Positions 28,802 through 38,830 of a stretch of 64,000 nt of DNA are shown piece after piece; position 1 is the first letter of the stretch, and each line of letters begins with the position of its first letter. The notes beneath the pieces are model-generated. The model did no database searches and was not told where the DNA came from. It worked only from the letters and a program-made list of their open reading frames with translations. Source of the DNA: Entomortierella parvispora E1425. Its lineage: Eukaryota > Fungi > Mortierellomycota. Where the stretch lies: NCBI GenBank assembly GCA_020891255.1, contig BQFW01000015.1, forward strand, positions 434,001 to 498,000, in the 5' to 3' direction. The position numbers were made by a program, and so were the translations under genes.

Positions 28802-30641
28802 TGTGTGAAGGGGTAGAGATGTGTTGTAGATTGGAGAGTGCTTTTGGGAGTTGGGGTTCGTTGCAAAGAGTGCTGTTGGTGTGTGTGCAAGAAGGGGAAT
28901 CGAGATCGACTGAGGAAAGAAAGGAAAAAAAGAAAAAAAGAGGCGAACAGACCACCTTTTATCTAGGGTTTCTTAATTTCAGTAAACCGAGGTGAAGGAA
29001 GGACTGGCTTTGGGGGGGCCAGGCAAAAGAGTGAGCGAACAACCAGAGGATGAGAGCCACAGAGGGTGAAGATGGAAGGGATCAATTGCTCCAGATATGG
29101 AATCTAGGTACTGTACTATGGAGTGTTGTTGAGTACTTGGGTGGCAATTGAGAGCAGTAGGGAAGAGGGGCCGAGATTGTTCAACGGGGAAGTGCTGGCA
29201 AGAAAGAAAAGAAGAAAGAACGAGAAAATGAAAGAGTGCGAACGAGTGCAGTGTCAAGGACGTAGAAAAGGGCCGAGAGGACGGGGGGAGGCTGCCGCTC
29301 TTTATAGCCCCCGCTGACTTGTGGGCGCAGAGAAGGGGAAGGGAACGAGCGAGAGAAGAATAGATTCCTTGGGTCTCCCCCCTGTTGTGCGTCTGTCCGC
29401 CTGCCTGTCTGCCTGTCTGTTTCTGTCCCTCTGTGCGCGCGTGCTGCTATTTTTAAAAATAAAAAAATCTTCAGTCAGTCACTTGTGCTCCGCCCATGTG
29501 CCGGGCTTGCTCACCCGCTCCTTCCGCTCCCCCTCGTTCTGACCTGCCCTGGCCGTGGTTGCGTCTCTCTTTCTCTCTGTCAATGACGAGCTGGGGTGGC
29601 GGCACTGCCGCCCTGGTTTCTTTTTGAATGATGCACTTTGAACTATCAGCATCGCCGCTCTACTTTGCCATCGGTTTGACTGTCTATCTGTCAGGACCGC
29701 AGCAGCACACCATTGTCGTACAGCACCATGTCGCATTCGATCAAAGGTTTTTTTTATCTTTTTTTTTTTTTTTTTTTTTTTCCACACCGATAAACTGTCG
29801 ACTACAGTATGATGCAAACCTCACCGTGAGAACTAGCTCGGCCGCGCCCATTGCAATGGCGCCGCCCTATCTTTTGCATGCAGGTATAGCTAAGTCTATT
29901 CATGCTGAGGTATGATTTTTTTTTTCTCTTGCATCCGCGGGTTTTCTTCTTCCCCTGCCTGCTGGGAAGGAACATGAAAAAGGTGGATAAGGACCTGAGG
30001 AAGGCGCGGACATGGAAAGGAACAAGGGATTCCTCTGCACAGTTCGCCCTTTTTGCATGTCAAGAAATGCAAAAAAAAAAACGCTAGACAGATGTGGTGT
30101 TCGTGCGCACCGACTGTTCACCTCGGCACTCCTCTGCTCTGCTGGCCCCCTATTCCGAAGACTATTCCGGATCAAGCTGGCAATGTCCACCTGTCCAGTT
30201 AAAAGGTATCTCCTTCCATTTTTTCACTTGTTGAATAATGTAGGGGTGTTAGGGGCCTCTCTCTTCTTCCTGGACCCGCGGTAGACAAAAGGGACCTTTC
30301 TCGGAGAGTAAAAAGAGATCTTTCGTCGGCGGGAAAGGTTTCTTTCTCCAGGAATATATGTTGTTCCTTTTTTTTCACACGTAGCAAGGGCTACATTGTC
30401 ATGTATTCTTTTTACATTTCTCAACGATCAACAATTCCGCCGTTCTCATTTGTATCTTTGTCAGTCTGTCCATAAACACTGGCGCTCAGACTACGGACGG
30501 ATATGGACGAACGGAAGCTTTCTGGGTGGTTGTTCCTTTTGGTTTTTTTTTGCCCCCCAACGTGACCATGTCCCAAGAACCTTCAGCTAGACGCAGTAAA
30601 CAGGTCAAGGGACAAACCTGTGTGGCACTGTCCCTTTCTGG

Positions 30642-30675
<34 letters not shown>

Positions 30676-31292
30676 GTTGAGGGCGTCGACCAAAATAGCG
30701 ATCGCCCGCCGCCTCACCACCGCAGGACAGGGTTGCACAAAGTTCAAGCCTGTTTGTAAACAGGGACGCGAACAGAAGTGAGGTTGCAGCGGCGCGTTAT
30801 CGGCGGGCCGCCAAAGATTCTTTTTCCTCCCACGAGTCTCACCCCCAAACTCAATTCCCTCCATGGCATCTGGAACCTGCCGGGAACCACCGAAAAAAAA
30901 GGAAAGAAACTAGAAAAGCACGATGACGAAGTAGCTCTCCTTTTTGAGTTTTTCTTCCGCTGGGCGTCAACAGCCACGGCGGGAAGATTTCTTTGGGATG
31001 TTGCATTGTTCGAGTGCAATCGAATTCGTTTTGTCCGTTACTGCCCCAAGGATTCACTTTAACAGGGCGAGCTGCAGAATCCTCCGTAAAAGAAACTACC
31101 ACAGACGATAGCACAAACTTCACCGACGATGGCACAGACATTTACTTGTTCCGTCACTTTTGATAGCGAGTGGCGGACAACTGAAAATGACCGCAGTTCC
31201 ATATTCAACCTGCAGTTCAATGTCGCCTCGTTTTCACTTCTCCTCGGGTTTTGTCGCCGGCGCCCAGAATGAAGACCGTCACAGTGTGGTAG

Positions 31293-31438
31293 ACAAAGCA
31301 AAAGGCAAAGCAAAGAGACGGAGCAAAAGGCAAAGTAAAAAGACAGAGCAAGGAGACAGAGCAAAAGGTAAGGCAAATGCACAGCAAAAGGACAGCAAAA
31401 GGACAGCAAAAGGCAAAGCGAAAGGCAAAGCAAAAGGG
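31293..31438. repeat. Degenerate GCAAAAGGCAAA-type purine-rich minisatellite
   Basis: Repeated AAAGGCAAAG / CAAAAGGACAG units seen directly. They generate the KAKGKAK ORF 31160..31606. Confidence 0.8.
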
Positions 31439-31830
31439 GAACAGTGCACCTGGTCATACATTACCCCTATCCATCGACTCTTGAATTGTTCCAATTCCCT
31501 CGTCTTTTCCTTTCGCTTTCAAACTTTTGTCTTCATCATCCTGCCCCCCTCCACAGCTGGTTTCGTTTTCATATCAACCCTTTATCTCTCCATATCATTA
31601 TTTTGATAACATTCACTAGTGAAAGGTACAGCGCAATTCTATCATGATTATCTTCTGGCGACAACTCGCACTTTCAATGTGGAGCGGGTCCACCTGTGAA
31701 TTGCAGCCGTCGCTCTTTTTTTTGGGGGGGGCGGGGGGGAACTTCGTAGTCCAACAGCCTCTCTCTGGAGTTGGCCTCTGGTACCAGTAAACTGATAAGC
31801 CGTATTGTTCAATCTGACGTAGACTGCAGC

Positions 31831-34800
31831 ATGTATTCTGCAGAGTTTTATAACTGGTGCAAAATTGAACTGTTGCTTGTAAAGGCGGCAGAATGTCTGA
31901 GAAAGACGTTTGAGCAATGTTGGCAACGCAAGTACAAGGTGGCGTGGAGCAACACGCCTGAGTGTGGACAAAACTTCACGAACAGCGTAGGGTTCAGCGT
32001 ATACCGACACGTAGGCAAGATTCAGAAGGAGTATCTGGAAGGCGGCGACATCAGAAAATGGGACTTGACGATTTTCAACGCTATTTTCATCATGACCGAT
32101 CTCAACAGAGGCGCGGTGTTCCAAGCCAATCTTAAACGCCTGATGCCTATCCGAAATAGCATGGCCCACCATTCAGACAAGAATATCGGTTCTCAAGAGT
32201 ACCAGCAGTATTGGAGTGAGCTGAAAGGCATCTTGTTGGTCCTAGGCGCTACGGAGGAAGAGCTGGACGACATTATACATTCGCGTTCGAGCGACTCCAA
32301 GACATTTATTATGACCGAAAACGTTAAAAGGTCGATCGAACTCAAGCTTGAAGGCAACAAACTGTTGAAAGAGCAGAAGTTCCAAATGGCAGTGACCAAA
32401 TACACCGACGCCATCACCCTGCCGGGCATTTCAGACGCAGACCTTTCGATTTTGTACTCCAACAGGTCGTTTTGCTATCTAAAGCTAGGCCAAAAAACCC
32501 AAGCCCTGGAGGACGCCAAGCTATCTAAACGCCTAAACCCCGAATATGTCAAGGCGCACATCAGGCTCGGAAAGGCGTATGAGGCGCTGGAAAGGTACGA
32601 CAAGGCCATCAAAAGTTTCGACAAAGCACTTGGCCTAGATACGAACAATGACGAAATACGGCAGATGCGATCGGACGCCAGAAAACTACAGGGGCTACGA
32701 GAGCGAGACAACGACGAAACCATCAAAAATCTGAATGTGAAAAGTAGACAACAGTTCAAAGAGTTGAAGAACAGGGACCAACTCAGAAAGATGATGTTCG
32801 ACTACGATCCTGCACTGGAGCATGTCTGGGCCGGCCACGAATACCGCGACGATCAAAATTACCTCAAGGCTGTAGAGTGCTACAAAAAGGCAGCCGCCAT
32901 GCGAAGTGCCGAAGGCATGTACAATCTGGCTCTGCTCATGATCAACGGCCAAGGCATCAACAGAGACTACCAACAGGCGTGCAAACTACTGCTGGAGGTC
33001 TCCAAGTTCGATCCATTCGACAAAAATAAGATTCCTGTCGTTGGCGTGAAGGAGGCCGAACACTCCATTGCATTGGGCTACCATGAAGGCAGCATTATGG
33101 AAAAAAGTGCTGAGATGGCTGTGGTATGGTACGAGAAGGCGATTTCGCACCAAAACGGGATGTCGGCAAACAACCTGGCACTTATGTATTTCAACGGAGA
33201 TGGTGTGACCAAGGACTTCAAACAGGCCGAGAAGCTATTTTTGTGTGCGCTGAACTATGGCGATCCGAACGCCATGGACAACCTTGTCAACCTCTATGTG
33301 GCGTCCGGAAACATCAACAAGGCTGAGAAGTGGAATGAGAAATCCAAAAAGCAGGGCTCGAAGCTTGCACGCGACAGAGAGCACGCAATTGCCCAAATGG
33401 CACTAAAGAGCAATGCGGACATTGCGGAAGTGATTGATTGGGAAAAGGAGCTCAACCTGCCGTTCGAAAACATGACTATCCGTGAGAGAATTTTCCGCAA
33501 ACTTTCATACGAACACCCAGACAAACCGGACATCTTGGAAACGATGAATGATTTGGAGAACCTCAAAAACAAATCAGAACGTGTGTCGCCCACCACAATC
33601 ACAAATGGGTACAGGTACGATCTGGAGGTGCTGGCCAAGCGCAAAGACAAGTCAGAGTTTAGCAACCGGATGTACCGAGCTGTGCGGAGCTTTATGGAGG
33701 CCCTGGACATATTTCAAAGCTTTAAAAGGCGCGCCGTTGTTGTTCTCGACAACGATTCAAGGCTGTTCATTAGCCGGCTGGCCATGTGCTACAAGCTAGA
33801 GCACTTTGTCGGCTCCATGCCGATGGAAATCCGCGAGGTCATCCGAAAGCACGTTCTTCTACTTTTGTCATATAGCGACCGCGCTGTAAAAAACAGCGAA
33901 AACATCGACGAGCTGGAGTTTAACCAGGACTGCAGAATCTGCCACGCGGTCCTGAATATGCAGTCCGACGAAAACATCAACTTTCTGACAGAATGCATCA
34001 AGAAGTATCCCAACAACAAGTTCTTCTTCGAGATTCGGGGGTGTCTGTACAACTTCAAGGACAAAAACGAAGATGCATTGCGAGACTTCAATCGTATTGA
34101 TGAGATTTCGAAAAACGATGTGGACAACGTATATCACAAAGCCGCCACGTTCAAGCTTATGAACCGGATGAACCAAGCGACAGACGCATACAACAAATTC
34201 CTATCTATTGCGTCTGAGGACCACAGAAAGGTGCCCGAAACCCATTACTCATTGGGGGTTTGTAGCATGATGAGTAGAAACAAGGACACCATCGCGCAGC
34301 AGGACACCATCGCGCAGCACTATGAACGGGGGTTGAAAGCAGAAGAAAAGCAGATTCCGTTCCTGTTGCCGTACGAGTCGACGAGCAAAGAGATGCTTGA
34401 GCTGATGTTGCGCACTCTTGGAGGGCGCAGTAAGGGCAAGCAAAATCCAGTCTTCAAAAAGCCTGTCGTTAAGCTGGTTGATCCGTTTAGGAAAGACCTG
34501 ATTGTGAGCCACAGACGAGGCATCAACGACTTCAGCAAGATCATGAGCAGCCAAGGAGACTTCCAGGTCAATTTCACAGCAAAGCCTTCGAAAAGCCAGA
34601 GCGTGCCACTGTCGTTGGTTGGACTGAAACCCATATATCTGAGCGACATCGACCCCACTGCAGACCATGTGCTGGACGGTTTTGTGCTGGAGCTCACACT
34701 TATCACGGCGCCATTCAACAACAACATGTCGATTTCCTTTGTTGCAGAAGATAACAACTCGAATGTGCAGCGGGTCAGTCTGTACAACTGCGAAAAACAC

Positions 34801-35058
34801 ACCCTGGCGATTGGATCAAAGATTAGCGTCATCAATCCATATCTTCGAACCGCCATGGACGGCAAACCCCTCATCAGAGTCGACGATCCAAACTCTGTCA
34901 TTGTCTCTCCGCACCAAATCGTGGACATGTGTCACAATTGCGGAAAAGGTGGATCCAAGTTTTCTTGCGCGAAGTGCAAACGGGCTAAATACTGTTCGAA
35001 GGAGTGCCAGGTCTTGGACTGGAAGGAATATAGTCACAAACTGATTTGCGATTCGTAG
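31831..35058 (+). CDS. Intronless multidomain protein: DZIP3-type HEPN, TPR x3, SEL1 repeats, TPR, beta-rich (OB-like) domain, MYND zinc finger
   Basis: 1,095-codon ORF (first ATG 31831). HEPN-like: GDIRKWDLTIF..IRNSMAH..QEYQQYWSELKGILLVLG. TPR: KLEGNKLL..LYSNRSFCYLKL..YVKAHIRLGKAY. SEL1: AEGMYNLALLMINGQGINRDYQQA, MSANNLALMYFNGDGVTKDFKQA. MYND: CHNC..CAKCKRAKYCSKECQVLDWKEYSHKLIC. Confidence 0.9.
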   Translation: MYSAEFYNWCKIELLLVKAAECLRKTFEQCWQRKYKVAWSNTPECGQNFTNSVGFSVYRHVGKIQKEYLEGGDIRKWDLTIFNAIFIMTDLNRGAVFQANLKRLMPIRNSMAHHSDKNIGSQEYQQYWSELKGILLVLGATEEELDDIIHSRSSDSKTFIMTENVKRSIELKLEGNKLLKEQKFQMAVTKYTDAITLPGISDADLSILYSNRSFCYLKLGQKTQALEDAKLSKRLNPEYVKAHIRLGKAYEALERYDKAIKSFDKALGLDTNNDEIRQMRSDARKLQGLRERDNDETIKNLNVKSRQQFKELKNRDQLRKMMFDYDPALEHVWAGHEYRDDQNYLKAVECYKKAAAMRSAEGMYNLALLMINGQGINRDYQQACKLLLEVSKFDPFDKNKIPVVGVKEAEHSIALGYHEGSIMEKSAEMAVVWYEKAISHQNGMSANNLALMYFNGDGVTKDFKQAEKLFLCALNYGDPNAMDNLVNLYVASGNINKAEKWNEKSKKQGSKLARDREHAIAQMALKSNADIAEVIDWEKELNLPFENMTIRERIFRKLSYEHPDKPDILETMNDLENLKNKSERVSPTTITNGYRYDLEVLAKRKDKSEFSNRMYRAVRSFMEALDIFQSFKRRAVVVLDNDSRLFISRLAMCYKLEHFVGSMPMEIREVIRKHVLLLLSYSDRAVKNSENIDELEFNQDCRICHAVLNMQSDENINFLTECIKKYPNNKFFFEIRGCLYNFKDKNEDALRDFNRIDEISKNDVDNVYHKAATFKLMNRMNQATDAYNKFLSIASEDHRKVPETHYSLGVCSMMSRNKDTIAQQDTIAQHYERGLKAEEKQIPFLLPYESTSKEMLELMLRTLGGRSKGKQNPVFKKPVVKLVDPFRKDLIVSHRRGINDFSKIMSSQGDFQVNFTAKPSKSQSVPLSLVGLKPIYLSDIDPTADHVLDGFVLELTLITAPFNNNMSISFVAEDNNSNVQRVSLYNCEKHTLAIGSKISVINPYLRTAMDGKPLIRVDDPNSVIVSPHQIVDMCHNCGKGGSKFSCAKCKRAKYCSKECQVLDWKEYSHKLICDS
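34283..34318 (+). repeat. In-frame 18-bp tandem duplication (AGGACACCATCGCGCAGC x2) giving DTIAQQDTIAQH
   Basis: Seen directly. Confidence 0.95.
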
Positions 35059-35989
35059 TGACCAGACATGGTGCTCCGAAGCATGTTGGTTCAAAGTTGA
35101 TGGCGGGGCAAGTTGGGGAAGAATAAATAGCAGTATACTCGTTAACAGGGCACGAACGCGAGCTCTAGTTGGTTTCCAACTATGGAGTCGACCATGACAA
35201 TCTTGCACATTTGATGAAGGGCTGGACATGCTATGCAGGTAGATACACGGGATGGGGTAAAATGGTCACAGAAAAAAAAAGTGCAAGCTGATCAACAAGT
35301 CTGATCCGAGGAAACGGAAACACACTGGAATCACCACAATGGATGCTGCAGGACTTTCCATTGTTGACAGAGCCCCCTCCATTGAACGTAGGCAGCCGGC
35401 CAATGGTGCCTAATGTGACTGATAAGGGAATGGTAGACGAAAGAAGCTTTCCAACAGCAGCGAGGAAAACTGTGGCTGATGACAGGAGGCATCTAAAAGA
35501 TATAGAAGAGCAAAGCCAGTCGCCGCCCTCACCATCACTGCTGCTACCTCACAAGAGAGCTCCTCACCCTTCAAGAAGAAAAAAAAATCACCCCTTGTCA
35601 CCTTAATGCAAATAAACGTGCGGATTAAGAATCAGTTCCAACCCCACACGGGCGGAGCCACGCGGTCTGAGCGCACTCGTTTGGGCGAAGTCGCTTGTCT
35701 CGGAATGGAAGTGCCTGTGCCTGTTCCTATTCCTGGGACAGACATGAATGAATGAATGCATGAATGCCGCAGCCTCGGGGGGAATCTCCATTCAGACGAG
35801 GCAATGCAGTGCACTCTTGTCATTCTTTCGACATGTCGGCTTTCACAGGGCGTGGGAAAATGGCTTTTCAGCTTATGCGTGCGTGCGAAATGGAGCTGAT
35901 CCCACATGAACATTGACCTTCATGTCGCCATTGTTGTTGCTCATTGACAGCGGGTGCATTCTTTGGGACCAAGAGTAGTTTCATTGTTC

Positions 35990-38350
35990 AACTGTCTGTA
36001 TGTTTATTGTATTTGTCATTTCTATCTAGAGGCCTGCTCTCAGTCAACCCCAGTTCTTTTGATCAAAGAACCGAAGCTGTGCAGGATGCGCCAACGAGCA
36101 GGCGGCAGACCTTTCGCATCCCAAAAAATGTGGGGTGGCAACCCATCATCGTGAGGAACATCAAGGACGTGTCTTGTTCAGACGATTCATCTCCTTCATG
36201 AACTTACGAGGCTCCTTCTGGAACCGTTTGACCGGTATCCTTCTCAGAGAACTGATCTCGCCGACAACCTTGCCACCTTATACCCGACCTTCCCCTAAGT
36301 CAAGTAGAGATCCGGCGGACGTAGCGCCTTCATGTCAATAGTGCATAGGTCATTTGTATCATCGACCAAGGAGGGAGGTTTACGTCCTTGTTCAGGTAAC
36401 TCCCCTGACAATCGGCAGTGGTGATCGGGTCCGAAGCCTCAATAATAAAGTGAGCTGCCCTTCGAGAGGAACATACTACACTGGCAACTAGCACACCGCA
36501 CTCCTCTCGTCAGCTCGGCTGGGATACGAGGATGCTCGTTTCAGCGCCGCTATGCAGTGGCCGTGAAAGAACTCGCCGACAATGCAAACTCTTCCCTCAA
36601 GACATACCTTCTGACCGCACTAATGAAGTCCTCATACTCCCTCATGTGAAAAGGGAATCCTCAAAAAGTCCACGGTCAGCCACACAGAGCTGTCACCCTT
36701 ACTTTGTATTGGAGAGAAGAGAGCTCGTCCTCAAAAAAGCACAACAAAAAAGGACAAGAGCTCCCTTCAACTCACACCGGTGAACTTCAGGTCAAAGTAG
36801 ATACTCACACATCTACTTGGGCCTTGCGACTCTCAACCAGACAAAGACTTGGGTATTATCCTCAAAGATCTAAACTGGCCCCGAGTAGAAGATCACTGGG
36901 CTTGGGCATCACCCCAGAGCCGTTGACTTTCAACAAGGGACCAGCCCACACTTCCCGCCACGCTCAAAGGAAGAGCTACCGACCAAAGGTTGTGACAGAG
37001 AAGGGTGTTGTCCGGGGTAGGGTAGAGAGGGGAGCGTGAAGTTATCTTTGGTGCTTCCCTGAAGGCTTTCTTGCCGAGTCTTGGAGCATGGCGGTGAACG
37101 AACCCAGTATCGCGAGAACAGGGTAAGGACAGAGACAAGGATCTCCAAGACGGAACAGACAGTATGTGCAAGCAGAGAACTTAAAGTATAAGTGAAGATG
37201 TGTGGTAGGTAGTTGGGAAGTGGAAGGTGGGATGGGTGAAGAAAGAAGGAAAAGAAGGAAAAGGAAGGAAAGAAAAAAAACGGCTTTTTATGATGACCAT
37301 GCAAGCAGGGTGCAAGGGTCCAGCGCTCCTTAATTGTCAACAACGCGTGCCAGGTTCATTCCACGAGCCCACGGCCTCGGTGTGGATATCCCTGTGCTGC
37401 ATGACCGTCGCATCAACGCAACCAGCCACATCGATGGTGGACTGACATGTTGGCGTGCGATTCTCTTACTCTCTGGGCTAATGCGTGTTGTCCTGCAGAA
37501 TGGCCACAGAGTCAAGACTGTTGCGGAGCTCGTGAGGGACGTCTCCACTTTATCTTTCTATCGCTCCTCGCTGGGATCCGATCTGTGCAGCCACTCGCCC
37601 TCCCATGGCTGACATAGATGCACTCTCCACTCGTTTCTCCTTTTGGCCATCGTCATTGACAATCAGCCGCCAGCATGGGTTCATGCGAACATGCTTCATT
37701 TCGTGAGACCGCCATGCGCAATGCTGTCTCTCACCAGGAGACATGCTGTCTCTCACCAGGAGACAACGCTGCGTCTTTAATGTCCTTCCAAATTTCCATT
37801 CAACGCTCATGTCGCGTCCCACAGGAGTGCGTGCCCATTTTGCCACCAATTTCGCTTATTCCGATTTTTTAATGTATTCGCTTCTCACCCAATGTTTTCT
37901 TGCTTGCCCTTGGCTTCGAGGTTTACGCGAACGGTGCGAGAAAATGTCGCTGTGGAGTTTCTTCATGGCCTTGATCGCGGTCTTGAAGGATGTTCTTCCA
38001 ACACTAGAATCTAGTCCTTGCTCATTCACATAGGCAATTTGCCGAATGAGGCAATATCGCAATTCGTTAAAAGACCAAAGTAAGAAACTTTCTTGATGTT
38101 GTCTACCGTTGTGAAGACACAAGCTAGCTGCACGCTTTGAAGGTCCATGCGCTTCAGTAGTTTGCTCCTAGTCTTCTGACAGGCGTTTTCAAGCTTTGGG
38201 CTCCTTCGTATACCATCTCGCTATCGGAGTAACGATGATGATGCGTTTGGGAGCACTCTACTGGCTTTCCTCTGCGAGAGAAGCGTCAACTTAGTAGAGA
38301 CAACGGTGGATGGACCATCCAAGTTCTTTGAGAACGGAATTCATTACTAA
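35990..38350. pseudogene. Probable decayed coding remnants of unidentified gene(s)
   Basis: Short protein-like frames broken by stops or frameshifts: + QRRYAVAVKELADNANSSLKTYLLTALMK, + DKDLGIILKDLNWPRVEDHW, - VPHELRNSLDSVAILQDNTH*, - SFNELRYCLIRQIAYVNEQG. No family recognised. Confidence 0.3.
37721..37764. repeat. Perfect 22-bp tandem duplication (ATGCTGTCTCTCACCAGGAGAC x2)
   Basis: Seen directly. Confidence 0.95.
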
Positions 38351-38431
38351 CGGTAACACGAGCGAGTGAGTAGCTAAATCGGATAGCATTCCTTTGTAAC
38401 AATCATTGAAGTGCAGTTGACCACTCTGTCT

Positions 38432-38595
38432 CACTCCACCCTCCGTCTACCCCCAGCGGCGCACTGACACTGGGATGTGCTAAAAGGGCATCAGTGAAGA
38501 CGAGTTCCACCACATACTAAGACATCCGACCACACTCCACCTTCCGTCTACCCCCAGCCGCGCACTGACACTGGGGTGTGCTAAAAAAGCATCAG
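38432..38595. repeat. Two 63-bp direct repeats (58/63 identical) separated by a 38-bp spacer
   Basis: Copies at 38432-38494 and 38533-38595, aligned by hand with 5 mismatches. Confidence 0.9.
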
Positions 38596-38830
38596 CGTAT
38601 ATCGGACAGATGTCTTTTCTGGGTCTGCGGAGATGAAGAGGCATGTATGGATTGATGCAGACGCAGAGGTATCGATGGAGACGAAGAGGGGCTGACCTTG
38701 AATGGCGTCATGAAGTAGTCACGTTCCCAAAAAATCCGGTGACGTATATGGTTGGCCCGCAAGTCGGGCCATTGGCAGACATTGCTGCATGTGTCTTACT
38801 TCCAGCATCGACACCCCAAGACAGGACCCC

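Noticed and set aside
29848-29859. 12-bp palindrome CCATTGCAATGG with GC-rich flanks
   Set aside because: A single short palindrome is expected by chance in 64 kb and has no supporting context.
31160-31606. 148-aa Lys/Ala-rich ORF resembling a histone H1-like tail
   Set aside because: It is produced by the minisatellite, has a non-ATG start and non-coding-like flanks.
31612-35170. Helitron-like capture of the HEPN gene (CTAG|T at 31616-31620 and 35164-35168, palindrome TTCACTAGTGAA)
   Set aside because: No convincing GC-rich subterminal hairpin and no Rep/helicase remnant; CTAGT is common by chance.
38432-38595. CRISPR-like or ribozyme interpretation of the repeat-spacer-repeat
   Set aside because: Eukaryotic context, only two 63-bp units and no cas genes. 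It lacks the CUGAUGA...GAAA hammerhead core and the HDV P1/P2/P3 pairings.
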